A stretch of 64,000 nucleotides of DNA from a virus. Below the pieces are notes generated by a model, which saw nothing but the letters and a program-made list of their open reading frames with translations, made no database searches and was not told where the DNA came from. The position numbers and the translations under genes are program-made. The stretch is taken from positions 1-64,000 of the IMG/VR virus record IMGVR_UViG_3300012943_000031; one strand, given 5' to 3'. Below, in pieces: positions 53,824-64,000 of this stretch (positions are counted from its first letter, which is position 1; every line of letters begins with the position of its first letter).

Positions 53824-55125
53824 ATGATTATAAACAACATAACACAGAAATTTTTAGACAATCCGGGATACCTGAAAAATGGTGCTGGATACTTAGCAGA
53901 ACAATGGAAATGTTCAAAGGACGAAATTTATGAGGCCAAATCACAAGCCAGACAAATAATGGCAATGACTGAGGCAATAGAAAGAGCTAATGATACAGCA
54001 AACAGTTTTGAAGTTCAGGTTAAATCAGAACCACTGAAGTATACTGGATCAGAAACTACTCCAGATGGAACTGTAAAGAAATACGAATCAGACAAACCTC
54101 TAACACCAAAAGAAATCGAAGAGTTAGCAGGAGTTGATGGGATAAATACATACGTAGCTAGAGTTTGGGATAAGTTACTACCAAATGGTAAATGGACATA
54201 CTCAATCGATATTAGATACAGAGTAAAAGATTTCTATGATAGAAAGGAGCTAAACAGTAAGTTACTGGAAATCATGTCTTCTGTAGAAAGAACACCATTC
54301 AATCCAATGTCTGTTCCAAAAGGATTTAACAATAGATGCTTAAACATTCTCCTAGCTGATGACCACGTAGGTGCAATCAACGTAACTAACTTGTTTGATA
54401 ATCCTCATGTCACCTATAGGGATAGACTGTTAATGATACTAGATGAAGTAGCAGATTTGGGACAGGAATTTGATGAGGTACATATCATCTCATTAGGTGA
54501 CCAACTAAATGGATGGAACTCTCAGACTACTAGAGGTGGTCATGAGGTAAAGAGTAAGAGCAATAAGGAACAGTTTGACGAGTATGTTGCTGCAAGAATG
54601 GAGTTCTATACTAACATATTTGAATCAGGAATATCTCAGAACTACTATGTACATGATGTGGAGAACAGTAATCACTCAGGTCTGGGAATGTCATATATGG
54701 CTAATCAGGCACTGAAGTTGTGGATAGATGCAAAATATCCTTGGGTAATCCAAGAATCCATAACTGACATGGTAGGTGGGTTCCAATATGGACAACATGT
54801 TGTTATGTTTGGACATGGTAAGGATGAGAAATTCCAGATCAGACCTATGCCAGCAGTACTAAATGACAAGACTGACTTGTTTTTATATGACTTAGCACAA
54901 AATAAAGGTTACTCACCATATAATGATTCAATCACTTTCTATAAGGGAGACTTACACCAGCATGGTTTACAGAATGGTAAGTTTGGTAGATATGTGAATG
55001 TACAATCATTGGCCGGTAATTCCGACTATGGTGACTTAAACTTTGGAAATACTAAAGGTGGGGCTCTACTTGAAATACTACAAAAAGATAGTTACAAGAT
55101 AACCTCACAAGCAATTTGGTTCTAA
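53824..55125 (+). CDS. Calcineurin-like metallophosphoesterase-fold protein
   Basis: LADDHVG, SLGDQLNG, NSNH, GHG and GDLH motifs; ATG at 53824. Confidence 0.75.
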   Translation: MIINNITQKFLDNPGYLKNGAGYLAEQWKCSKDEIYEAKSQARQIMAMTEAIERANDTANSFEVQVKSEPLKYTGSETTPDGTVKKYESDKPLTPKEIEELAGVDGINTYVARVWDKLLPNGKWTYSIDIRYRVKDFYDRKELNSKLLEIMSSVERTPFNPMSVPKGFNNRCLNILLADDHVGAINVTNLFDNPHVTYRDRLLMILDEVADLGQEFDEVHIISLGDQLNGWNSQTTRGGHEVKSKSNKEQFDEYVAARMEFYTNIFESGISQNYYVHDVENSNHSGLGMSYMANQALKLWIDAKYPWVIQESITDMVGGFQYGQHVVMFGHGKDEKFQIRPMPAVLNDKTDLFLYDLAQNKGYSPYNDSITFYKGDLHQHGLQNGKFGRYVNVQSLAGNSDYGDLNFGNTKGGALLEILQKDSYKITSQAIWF

Positions 55126-55166
55126 AATCCTAGAACAATAGTAGAAATACTACTTCCTCGTAAGGT

Positions 55167-55201
55167 AAAACCCTCCTTCTCAATGAGTTGGAGGGTTTTT
55201 T
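55167..55201 (+). terminator. Intrinsic terminator
   Basis: AAAACCCTCC...GGAGGGTTTTTT. Confidence 0.75.
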
Positions 55202-55290
55202 AATTTAGCAGGTTAATTTTTATATGACTAAATTATTGTGTATATTGTAAGGGAGAATAGCTATAATGTATGAAATAAATAATTTGTGAA

Positions 55291-55821
55291 GTGAAACCAA
55301 CCTATTCAAATGACAGAAAAGCCCCTCGTATGAAGAAGGGACAATTTTCTAAAATGGTGATAACCAAGGATTTATGGAGAAGATTCAGGAAAGAATACCC
55401 TGAATATGCTGAAATAGAGTGGAGAGAGTTCTATGATACTTGGTGTGAGATTGCAGAGAGAATTCGTTATCACTGTATTTATAATCCATTAGGAGTTAAA
55501 TTAGGAGCATATACAGGAGAATTAAAGTTTCAGTATTTGCCACATAACTTCAAAGCAAAAGATCATCACCTATCTGAACAAGAGGGTGTACAAATAAACC
55601 ATCTCAATATTGATGCTAAGGGAAAAGTACCTAAGATAAAATGGGAGAGAAGGTGGGCCGTCAAATTCAATAAGATACTCCAGTTCTACGCATTTGATGA
55701 GACCAGAGAAATCAACGTCTTAGCCTATAAATACATGTTGGATAATCCTGATAAACTACGTGTAGCACGTAACACATTAGGTGGGCCATCAGTCTGGAGA
55801 CAAAAAATGAAAAAACAATGA
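55291..55821 (+). CDS. IHF-like protein of the crAss tail module
   Basis: GVKLGAYTGELKF...KIKWER pattern; synteny before ring and muzzle genes. Confidence 0.6.
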   Translation: MKPTYSNDRKAPRMKKGQFSKMVITKDLWRRFRKEYPEYAEIEWREFYDTWCEIAERIRYHCIYNPLGVKLGAYTGELKFQYLPHNFKAKDHHLSEQEGVQINHLNIDAKGKVPKIKWERRWAVKFNKILQFYAFDETREINVLAYKYMLDNPDKLRVARNTLGGPSVWRQKMKKQ

Positions 55822-56492
55822 CAAAAAGACAAGCAATTGATTCATTACGTAACAAGTTAAGAGAAAGGAATGCTGATAGTAATTACAGCAATCAGTTTCT
55901 CTATCAGTCGTTGGTGGAACATGCTAAATGGTTAATCAAGAGAGATATATCAAGTGGACGTATCTATAAGAATACCTACTTCTTCCAGACATTAGGTTGT
56001 CAAAGAGTAATAGAAGTTCCAAGTACTGATCCATGTTGTCCAGTGAAGACGAACTGTAAAATGTATCGTACTGAATGTAAAGTTCCCGATATATGGATTG
56101 ATAACAATGGGCCTATTGTAAAGAGTGTAACATCTGTCGATGGATCAACAGATTTCTTTATAACTACTCCAACTACGTGGCAGAATAAAAGACATGACCC
56201 ATATCAAAAAAAGAGTAATCAAAATTATGTATTCTTTTCTGATGGATATTACTGGTTCCCAGAAGTAAACCCACACTATATTAACATCCTAGGGTTCTGG
56301 ACTGATGATGTTACTCAATTAAATGGATGTGATCCAAATAAGGAATGTGTTCGTTACTTAGATACACGTTTTATGATACCTGACTGGTTAGAAGCAGAAA
56401 TGTTTGCAAAAGCATTGCAACAACTTGCAGGAATAAGTAAACGTCTACCCGAAGATGAACAAATCGATAAAAACCCAACCCGTAAAAGCTAA
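55818..56492 (+). CDS. Tail ring/tubular protein
   Basis: Synteny; FFQTLGC...CKMYRT..KVP...VTSVDG motifs. Confidence 0.7.
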   Translation: MTKRQAIDSLRNKLRERNADSNYSNQFLYQSLVEHAKWLIKRDISSGRIYKNTYFFQTLGCQRVIEVPSTDPCCPVKTNCKMYRTECKVPDIWIDNNGPIVKSVTSVDGSTDFFITTPTTWQNKRHDPYQKKSNQNYVFFSDGYYWFPEVNPHYINILGFWTDDVTQLNGCDPNKECVRYLDTRFMIPDWLEAEMFAKALQQLAGISKRLPEDEQIDKNPTRKS

Positions 56493-57424
56493 TGGAACTT
56501 CTTAGAGACTACGAAAACTTTGATAGACGTAACTTACCTGTAAACCCTCATGAAATGAAGGAAGCACAGGACAAAATGTATGCTAATAATAGTAGAAATT
56601 TTGAGAACCGTCCTATTAATGAATTGATGGCTATTGTTAAACAGGACTTCAGAAAATTTGACGATGAAGGTTTGATTGATGAGGGTAATCTTATTAAGGT
56701 TATTATGCATTGTAATGAGAGACTTGGAATAGGACTCAGATCAATAAAACAAGCATGTATTCCTGTTGAGGATTTTAGAGCAAGGCTTCCATTAAACTTT
56801 GAGAAGCTTTTCTTCGTTACAGCCCTTAAAGCTACATCTACAATGGTGAGTATTGGAAGAAATCCATTTAATAATAACTTTGATAGAGATGTTATATATG
56901 AGGCAGACCTAGCCAGAGAAGACTTTGGAGGTACTACATTTTATGGTGTAACAATCAAAAGAGAAATGAATGTAACAGTTCATTCACCCGGAGAGTGGAT
57001 ACCATTAGAAGTAGTTCCCGGATCATTTGGATTTTGTCATCCCGGATCACCTAATATGACTAAGAAGGGAAAATATGCTGTTCGTATAGAAGATGGTCAT
57101 ATCATAACTCCTTTTCGTTCAGGTGAATTATATATAATGTATGTGGGCACAATGGCTGATGAAGAAGGTAATCTATTATATCCATTTCATCCACTAATTA
57201 CTCCATACTATGAGTGGTCTTTAAAGGAGAAAATTCTGCTGGATGCTATATTCAACAGTGATTCAACTGATGGAAATCTACTAATATTAGCTCAGAAAGA
57301 GAAAGCCAAAGCTTGGTTAGATGCATTTGATATTACCACATCCAGAGGATTTGGAGAATATGTACAAATGCAGAGGAAAAAAGAAATGGGTTGGTATAAT
57401 CAATACTTTAAATTCTTCCAATAA
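56492..57424 (+). CDS. Tail ring/tubular protein
   Basis: ARLPLNFEKL, IITPFRSGELYIMY and DEEGNLLYP motifs; synteny. Confidence 0.7.
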   Translation: MELLRDYENFDRRNLPVNPHEMKEAQDKMYANNSRNFENRPINELMAIVKQDFRKFDDEGLIDEGNLIKVIMHCNERLGIGLRSIKQACIPVEDFRARLPLNFEKLFFVTALKATSTMVSIGRNPFNNNFDRDVIYEADLAREDFGGTTFYGVTIKREMNVTVHSPGEWIPLEVVPGSFGFCHPGSPNMTKKGKYAVRIEDGHIITPFRSGELYIMYVGTMADEEGNLLYPFHPLITPYYEWSLKEKILLDAIFNSDSTDGNLLILAQKEKAKAWLDAFDITTSRGFGEYVQMQRKKEMGWYNQYFKFFQ

Positions 57425-57741
57425 TGTTAATTAAATTAAAGGCAAAAGTTCTCCTTACATCTGAGGAACAGATGGAAGCAGAAGAGAAATATGATTTAGG
57501 AGATATTGCCAAATCAAAAGAATGGGTCTGGAGACAGATAGCCATTCCTGTTGAAGAGGTTTACAAAGTAATAGAATACAATAAATCAAAAACTATCGTC
57601 CAAACATACGACGATGAAAAGATATTAATCAATGAACCATTTGATGATCTATTTGGAAGATGGGAAGAATTGAAAATACAATTGGGGGAGTTACCTCCCC
57701 ATACCTCTGATACAGAAGAGGAAGAAGAAAATGAAGAATAA
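57424..57741 (+). CDS. Hypothetical protein
   Basis: TAATG-coupled on both sides. Confidence 0.6.
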   Translation: MLIKLKAKVLLTSEEQMEAEEKYDLGDIAKSKEWVWRQIAIPVEEVYKVIEYNKSKTIVQTYDDEKILINEPFDDLFGRWEELKIQLGELPPHTSDTEEEEENEE

Positions 57742-60700
57742 TGGCTGAAAATCTACAGAATACAACTCAGGTAACAACTAATGTTACATCAAAGGCTGGA
57801 CTTGTAAGTGATATGAACTCCTCATACTTAAATGAGGAAAGTTATAGTCATGCACGTAATGCTGTACGTAATAGTAAGGATGGAGACTTGGGGACTATTG
57901 GTAATGAACCTTCAAATGAATTATGCTTCACAGCACCATATAAAATCATAGGTCACGTTGATTTGCCTGATGATAAGCTACTTATATTCTCAACTGATAA
58001 TATAAATAGTGAGATAGGTATAGGTGATCCTATAGCTTGTTCATATGAGAAACTTCTTAACTCAAGATGTCTTAATTTCTCAGATAAATATCCTATAACA
58101 GGTGTTGCTAAGAAGGATTTTCAGAAAGGTGTGATAGCCACATTTACAGATAAATTCAATCCTGTAAGAAGGATTCAATTAAAGAATGCAACATCTATCA
58201 CTACATGTGATGATTTACTGCTGTTTAAGAAGATTGATACACCATGTCTTGAGTTACAAAAAACTCAGGTAGGTAATGTACCTAATGGTATGTACTCTGT
58301 AGCTATTGCTTATGTAGTTGATGGTCAGGTATTTAGTGACTGGTATGGATTATCCCAACGTATCCCTCTCTACAGTGAGAGTGGTAATAATTCCTTTGAT
58401 GTAAAAATCAGTGGGTTAGATCAAGAATTTGACCAGTTTGCTTTAGTAGTTGTTGGTAACTTTATTGACCCTGAAACTAAGGGTGTGTCCAAATTAGCCA
58501 AACAAATAGGTATCTTCTCTACCAAGGTAAGAAGTGTCTCTGTAACAGATTTCATTAATAGCAACTATACTGAAATATTACTGTCCAACTTAGTAATCCA
58601 AAAGAAGACTTGGTTAAAGGCTGGTATCATATCATCCAATGCAAACTATCTTCTGTTAGGTGATCTTGTATCACGTCCTGAAGAAAATTACCAGCTTAAG
58701 GCTATGTCTATAAAAGCTGAGTATGTTGTAGAACAGGTTCCTGTAGATTACTATGAACAGGAAGGATTAGATGTAGGATATTATAGGGATGAAAACTACG
58801 ACTTTTACATACAAGGTGTATATAATACTGGTGAATTAACTGAGAAATATCACATACCCGGAAGAGTAGCAGAATCTAATGATTTATCAATTGTTAGTAG
58901 TGGAGATGTTTATGAGTATGATAAACAGTTTAATGACTGTGATCCTACCGAGAAAATATCACGTTGGAAAGTAGAGAATACAGCAGGTAGAATGATACCT
59001 ACTGGTGATGAATTCAAATGTAATAGAAGAATATTAGGTACAGGTGAGTTAGGATACCACCAATCAACAGATACCTACCCAGACAACACTGATATGTTTG
59101 GTGAGTGGGCAAATACACCCATTCGTTATCATAAATTCCCTGATGAGTGTAAAGTTCCACGTTATCAGAAGATAGATGGAGTAACTTACATTAACATATT
59201 AGGTATTCGTTTCTCTGAAATTCCAAAGTTTGATAATCCAGATATTATTGGATACAAAATTACTCGTTCTGACAGAAAGGGTGGGAATGGTACAGTTGTA
59301 GCAAGAGGTCTTATGTCTAACATACGTTCATACGTAGATGTTACAACAAGAGATACTATCATGTATAACAACTACACAGTTAATGACTTATCTGCTGACC
59401 AGTATTTATCATCTACTCAAACAGTATATAAAAGTGGTAGAGAAACAAACTTTACACCTCTGGTAGATTATTATCAGGATAGATTTGCTTTCTATTCACC
59501 TCATACATCATTTGAACCACGTTACTCACTTGGTACAGAGATTAAGATTGAGAGTGAGGAAATTGCTACTGTAACAGGTCAGTTTGAGAAAGTATTCAAT
59601 CACCCACGTCAGAAGTTGATGAACCAATTCTCATTCTGGTTAGCTGCTGCTGTAGGTTTCATTGAAGCTGCATTAGTAATAATAGGTAAGAGAACTGAAG
59701 GTTCTAATAAACAAGCTAAGATTTCTGCTGAAGGTGTATCATCAGGTACATCTGATACATGGGAATTTGATAGAACATATCCTTTCCAGTCAGTAGAAGA
59801 TTTGATAGGTCTGGACATTGTTGGATATGTGACTGATAGAATATTAGCCAGAAAATTTGATGTATCAACAATTACCTCAATTTTGACAGTAATTGCATCA
59901 TTAGGTATCAAGATACCTTACTCTATCTTCTCAGGTATTAAAGCTGCTGATGATATGTTCCAAATAATCTATGACTTTACTGGGTATACAGACTATGTAT
60001 ATCAGTACAATGCCATAGCTGAGTTTGACAGATCAATATGTACTCCTACAGGTCAGAAAAGAAGAAGGTTAACATTCCCGGCAACATATATTCCAGCAAC
60101 TGTAGTTACTGTAAATAACACGATATTAAATAATTTAAATAGAGAACGTTTTGTTTACCTACAATTAAACAAACCTCTCAATGATCCTTCTGTGAAGGAT
60201 ACCACACGTCAGACAGCTAGTGGATTTGGTGTATGTGATAACTTGGATAAGAAGACGTCTTCAACAGCATCCATGTTTTATGCCACATCAAAAGTGCCTA
60301 ATCCTAATCAGTATGGTCAGTTAGGTTCATCTTCAGCAGTATCAATGCACTCATGTATATTCAAATTTGAAGATGAATTGACAACCACTCCAGTTCTGTA
60401 TGGTGGAGATTGTATTATTACACGTTTCCAGTTCCTTAAGAAAATGCAGTTCTTCTCACAGAACATTGCCGGAACTGATCCTGTAACTAATGCACGTTAC
60501 CCAGATGGTGTAGAATATGATTACAGAAAGTATAGAAATATAGCTTTCCCTCGTTTTTGGATGGATTCAACTAAGTATGATTTCTCTGAGTTAATCTCAG
60601 GTACACGTATTAACTATGCACGTTTCTCACGTACAACCTCGTCTAAGCATAACTTAGACTGTAAGGAAGGTGATAAGAGAAATATTGCACGTATTGATGA

Positions 60701-62345
60701 TGCTTACATGTATCTATTCAATAATGCTGCAATAGACTTCATAGTAGAATGTGATTACCATGCTGAGTTTAGAGAGAAGACAGAAATGCCATTCTACTCT
60801 AAAAACAATAAGGATATATCTCAAATATTCCGTGCAGACAGAATGAATAGAGAAGAAGAATTTGTTGTGTCACGTGCATACAATGATCTGTATCCAACAG
60901 AGGTATATGCTCCACAACAGAGATATAACTTTGATCCTAATGATCCAGTTCCAGCAGAACAGCCAAACAGTGTAATTTACTCACTACCTTCATTCAATCT
61001 ACAGGAAGTAGATAACTGGCAGTATTTCCTACCAGCAAACTACTTTGCTTTTAGAGAGAGTGATTTTGGTTCCCTTACAGGAATGCATAAGTTAGATCAG
61101 GATAGAATTATATTCCTGTTCTCTAAATCATCTCCATTCGTATCTATGGGTAGAGATTTCTTAGAATTAGAACAGTCAGGTAGAAAAGTAACAATCGGAG
61201 ATGGCGGTTTGTTCGCACAAGACCCACGTGAAGTTATGCCTACAGATAATAACTATGGTGCATGTACATCACGTTATGCTTTTGCTAACACACATCTAGG
61301 TAGATACTATCCATCTGCTGTACAAGGTAGAATCATGAATTTCACAGAATCATTAGATGATGTGGCAAGACAAGGTGTATCTTACTGGTGCAAAAACTAT
61401 ATGCCAATATCATTATATGATTACTTCCCAACATATGAAAAACAGGAGAATCCTGTAAATGGTGTTGGATACCTAATGGCATTTGATTCATTCTATGAAA
61501 CAGTGTACATAACTAAGAGGGATTTTGTCCCTGTTCCAGAGTTGGTAGATGATATTGAGTACAGAGATGGTAAATTCTTCTACAGAAATAATGAAGTTTC
61601 ACTACACAATTCAACATACTTCAAGGATATATCATGGACTTTATCTTATTCTCCACTAGAGAAAGGATTCGTAAGTTATCATGATTGGCATCCAGACTGG
61701 GTAATCCAGCAGGATAATCACTTTATGACAGTTAAGGATAATGGGGTATGGAAACATAATGAAAGATATGATAGCTACTGTAATTTCTATACTGTAGATT
61801 GGCCGTTTGAAATAGAGTTTGTTAGTAACTCAGGTCAACAGGTACACACAGTTCGTTCTATGGAATACCTGTTAGAAGTATATAAATACAAGAATTTCGG
61901 TAGAGATCGTTTCCATGTACATCATCAAAACTTTGATGCTCTGATAGTTAGAAACACAGAACAAATATCCCCACTTCTGAAGTTGAATTATTCTTCTTCA
62001 GACCCAGAAAGAGATTTAGCATATCCATCAAAGGACACTGTTAATCCCGTAGCATGGAATGTACTATTCTCTAAAGAGGAGAACAAATACAGAGTAAATA
62101 TGTTCTGGGATGCAACAAAGGACAGAGGTGAATTTACCAATAGTGATTTCCACCTATTCCCAACAGATGAAAGTGGTTACAAAAATGTAATTAATCCTCT
62201 TGGTATGGATGTAGATAAACCAGAGGAGCAAAGAAAGAAATTCAGACATTACTGGAATAAGTTCCGTCTGATTAAGACAGTCTCAGGTGAAAACAAATTC
62301 ATCTGCAAGATATATAATATAAAAAAACAAATATCTATTAGATAA
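57741..62345 (+). CDS. Tail stabilization/muzzle protein (P22 gp10-like, crAss type)
   Basis: 1534 aa; GLVSDMN...YSHARNAV...GNEPSN, CLNF...PI, PIRYHKFP, GGDCII and WTLSYS...FVSYHDWHP motifs. Confidence 0.8.
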   Translation: MAENLQNTTQVTTNVTSKAGLVSDMNSSYLNEESYSHARNAVRNSKDGDLGTIGNEPSNELCFTAPYKIIGHVDLPDDKLLIFSTDNINSEIGIGDPIACSYEKLLNSRCLNFSDKYPITGVAKKDFQKGVIATFTDKFNPVRRIQLKNATSITTCDDLLLFKKIDTPCLELQKTQVGNVPNGMYSVAIAYVVDGQVFSDWYGLSQRIPLYSESGNNSFDVKISGLDQEFDQFALVVVGNFIDPETKGVSKLAKQIGIFSTKVRSVSVTDFINSNYTEILLSNLVIQKKTWLKAGIISSNANYLLLGDLVSRPEENYQLKAMSIKAEYVVEQVPVDYYEQEGLDVGYYRDENYDFYIQGVYNTGELTEKYHIPGRVAESNDLSIVSSGDVYEYDKQFNDCDPTEKISRWKVENTAGRMIPTGDEFKCNRRILGTGELGYHQSTDTYPDNTDMFGEWANTPIRYHKFPDECKVPRYQKIDGVTYINILGIRFSEIPKFDNPDIIGYKITRSDRKGGNGTVVARGLMSNIRSYVDVTTRDTIMYNNYTVNDLSADQYLSSTQTVYKSGRETNFTPLVDYYQDRFAFYSPHTSFEPRYSLGTEIKIESEEIATVTGQFEKVFNHPRQKLMNQFSFWLAAAVGFIEAALVIIGKRTEGSNKQAKISAEGVSSGTSDTWEFDRTYPFQSVEDLIGLDIVGYVTDRILARKFDVSTITSILTVIASLGIKIPYSIFSGIKAADDMFQIIYDFTGYTDYVYQYNAIAEFDRSICTPTGQKRRRLTFPATYIPATVVTVNNTILNNLNRERFVYLQLNKPLNDPSVKDTTRQTASGFGVCDNLDKKTSSTASMFYATSKVPNPNQYGQLGSSSAVSMHSCIFKFEDELTTTPVLYGGDCIITRFQFLKKMQFFSQNIAGTDPVTNARYPDGVEYDYRKYRNIAFPRFWMDSTKYDFSELISGTRINYARFSRTTSSKHNLDCKEGDKRNIARIDDAYMYLFNNAAIDFIVECDYHAEFREKTEMPFYSKNNKDISQIFRADRMNREEEFVVSRAYNDLYPTEVYAPQQRYNFDPNDPVPAEQPNSVIYSLPSFNLQEVDNWQYFLPANYFAFRESDFGSLTGMHKLDQDRIIFLFSKSSPFVSMGRDFLELEQSGRKVTIGDGGLFAQDPREVMPTDNNYGACTSRYAFANTHLGRYYPSAVQGRIMNFTESLDDVARQGVSYWCKNYMPISLYDYFPTYEKQENPVNGVGYLMAFDSFYETVYITKRDFVPVPELVDDIEYRDGKFFYRNNEVSLHNSTYFKDISWTLSYSPLEKGFVSYHDWHPDWVIQQDNHFMTVKDNGVWKHNERYDSYCNFYTVDWPFEIEFVSNSGQQVHTVRSMEYLLEVYKYKNFGRDRFHVHHQNFDALIVRNTEQISPLLKLNYSSSDPERDLAYPSKDTVNPVAWNVLFSKEENKYRVNMFWDATKDRGEFTNSDFHLFPTDESGYKNVINPLGMDVDKPEEQRKKFRHYWNKFRLIKTVSGENKFICKIYNIKKQISIR

Positions 62346-63796
62346 TGAAACACCCAAAGAATTGTAAGAAATGTGGTGGAAAAATGCAAGCAGGTGGATT
62401 GCAACCCTATGTACAGTCCAATACTGTAGCAGGTTCCATAACACCTACAGGTCAGTCATCATTGATAAATAATTCAAATATGACACCTGAGCAAATTGCT
62501 GCATTAGCACAACAGTATGGTTTCCGTACTGACAGTAATAAGAATTTACAGGAAGACTTATTTGGTTATGCCCAGAAAAATCAACCACAAGCATACAATG
62601 CTGTAATGGGAAAGTATGGTCAAACTAACTCAGGTTCATTTGTAGATGGAATGCTTGGTGCACGTACAACAGATTTACTTCAGTCTCTACAGAGACCACA
62701 ACCCCCTGCACCTCAACCAGCAAGAGCTTCTCTTACTGAACACTTCTTTGGCCCTGACCAACATGCTTTGGGTATGGCATCACAGAGGTATAGAGATTCT
62801 CAATCTGTAGAAGATGCAGGTGTTGTTAATACAGCAGCACCTCAGGAATGGGTTGATTTCCAATACTATAAACCAAATAGTACAGATATTGATGAATCAA
62901 GAGGTCGTTATAAAATACCTAACTCTGTTTGGACAAACCAAATATCAAGAGGTACAAATCGTATCACTGATCCTACATTATTAGATCAATACAGAATGGA
63001 CTCTCCTTCAATAGCTTCTAAAATGAGAGGTGGTATACTACAATCTGGTGGTAGGATTGATTTGAGTAGTTATAATCAACTAATCAGACCTGAGGATATA
63101 ATTTACCCAGAAATGGATACATCAGATTTAGGAATGTCACCACGTGTTCCAAGATTTATTGAAGGTGTAGAAAAGGGTATTGTTGATTTACCAAAAGGTT
63201 ATACTTCTGCACAGGAGTACTATAACTTTGTCAATTCACCTGCTGAGAGAAAAAGAAATCCAGCTACTCCAAAAAACTGGAGACAGAATCTAGGATTAGG
63301 TATAATGGGATTAACAGCTTTGGGTTCAGAGATTTCAGGTAGAGTTGCTAGAGCACGTCAAAATCAATATGATTATGACCAGCAAACAGCTTTAGGTATG
63401 ATGAATCCTATGCCAACTACAGACTACCAACCAAATCCTTACTCACTTTACTCAAAGTATGGTGGTAAACTTAAGATGAAAAAATATGGTGGTTTACAAC
63501 ACGTAGATTACTTTGGGCCTCCATTCTCTAATGGAGCAACATATAAATTTTCTGATGCAGAGAAGTATGATAAAACAGTGGTTTCCAGAAAGTTAGTACC
63601 ACAATTATTCCTAAGTAAATTTGTAAAGAAGAAAGAAGGTGGTATTCACATTAAACCTGAGAACAAAGGTAAATTTACAGACTACTGTGGTGGAAAAGTA
63701 ACAGATGAATGTATTCAGAAAGGACTTAATTCTCCTTCAGCAACTATAAGAAAAAGAGCACAGTTTGCAAAAAACAGTAGGTCATGGAACAAGTAA
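62345..63796 (+). CDS. Putative virion cargo/internal protein
   Basis: Low complexity, repeated ..GG motifs, C-terminal GGIHIKPENKGKFT...RKRAQFAKNSRSW. Confidence 0.6.
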   Translation: MKHPKNCKKCGGKMQAGGLQPYVQSNTVAGSITPTGQSSLINNSNMTPEQIAALAQQYGFRTDSNKNLQEDLFGYAQKNQPQAYNAVMGKYGQTNSGSFVDGMLGARTTDLLQSLQRPQPPAPQPARASLTEHFFGPDQHALGMASQRYRDSQSVEDAGVVNTAAPQEWVDFQYYKPNSTDIDESRGRYKIPNSVWTNQISRGTNRITDPTLLDQYRMDSPSIASKMRGGILQSGGRIDLSSYNQLIRPEDIIYPEMDTSDLGMSPRVPRFIEGVEKGIVDLPKGYTSAQEYYNFVNSPAERKRNPATPKNWRQNLGLGIMGLTALGSEISGRVARARQNQYDYDQQTALGMMNPMPTTDYQPNPYSLYSKYGGKLKMKKYGGLQHVDYFGPPFSNGATYKFSDAEKYDKTVVSRKLVPQLFLSKFVKKKEGGIHIKPENKGKFTDYCGGKVTDECIQKGLNSPSATIRKRAQFAKNSRSWNK

Positions 63797-64000
63797 AAAA
63801 GAAAGGACATAGAACTAAATTCATTCAATTCAATTCTGATGGAGAATTATTGTGCTATATTTGTAAGAATTATAAAGATACACCTTTGTTTGATGATAAT
63901 CTTACAAATACACACAGAGATTGTAAAGATAGAAGATGTAAATCATGTAAACATGATGCTTATGAAAGAAGAAGAGCATCTACTAGAGGTCAAAAAGACC
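63784..64000 (+). CDS. Partial Zn-ribbon protein, probably an HNH/endonuclease VII-like homing endonuclease
   Basis: Manual translation MEQVKKKGHRTK...CYICKNYK...F...RCKSC; runs off the window. Confidence 0.5.
   Translation, partial: MEQVKKKGHRTKFIQFNSDGELLCYICKNYKDTPLFDDNLTNTHRDCKDRRCKSCKHDAYERRRASTRGQKD

Noticed and set aside
23157-59911. Minus-strand ORFs within the rightward arm
   Set aside because: They are antisense shadows of plus-strand genes.
31889-63796. Genome-wide TAG recoding (code 15), suggested by the CTA tRNA
   Set aside because: All long structural genes are open in the standard code, and several genes (e.g. those ending at 7675, 11587, 18262 and 51031) appear to end in TAG.
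63856-63863. TATATTTG promoter-like box
   Set aside because: It lies inside the terminal Zn-ribbon ORF and has no TTTG 20 nt upstream.

Overview
AT-rich fragment of a crAss-like (Crassvirales-type) phage genome. The host is probably Bacteroidota, because TTTG-N20-TAnnTTTG promoters recur throughout. Positions 1-22.6 kb form a leftward early/accessory arm. It holds a partial purA, a Ter-type stress cluster (vWA, TerC, TerF-vWA, PRTase, HAD, TerD), a CCA-adding enzyme, a PvcA/Dit1-family isonitrile synthase beside a cysteine-dioxygenase-like cupin, two stand-alone tRNAs, two type III hammerhead ribozymes, a parS-like palindrome and many small ORFs. Positions 22.9-64 kb form a rightward arm: small genes (LpxA-like acyltransferase, GT2, PRTase-like, HU/IHF-like, DUF1573, PD-(D/E)XK nuclease), then terminase, portal, major capsid, ring/tail and muzzle genes. 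A 5.6-kb RNA island (47.85-53.5 kb) interrupts the structural module. It holds 29 tRNA/tRNA-like genes, a minimal RNase P RNA, YkuK-like, HNH and Pth2-like genes, and an amber suppressor tRNA. The main observation is that 28 of these tRNAs are split into three operons, each preceded by a promoter, a short leader peptide and mutually exclusive 1:2 / 2:3 / 3:4 hairpins. In each leader, the core codons specify exactly the amino acids of that operon's tRNAs (H,R,T,W,F,C,P,Q; I,N,M,V,D,R,G,A,E,K; S,L,Y), together covering all 20. This looks like a ribosome-stalling attenuation system that switches on phage tRNA operons when the matching host tRNAs are depleted or cleaved. All calls are from visual motif and base-pairing inspection; no searches were run.
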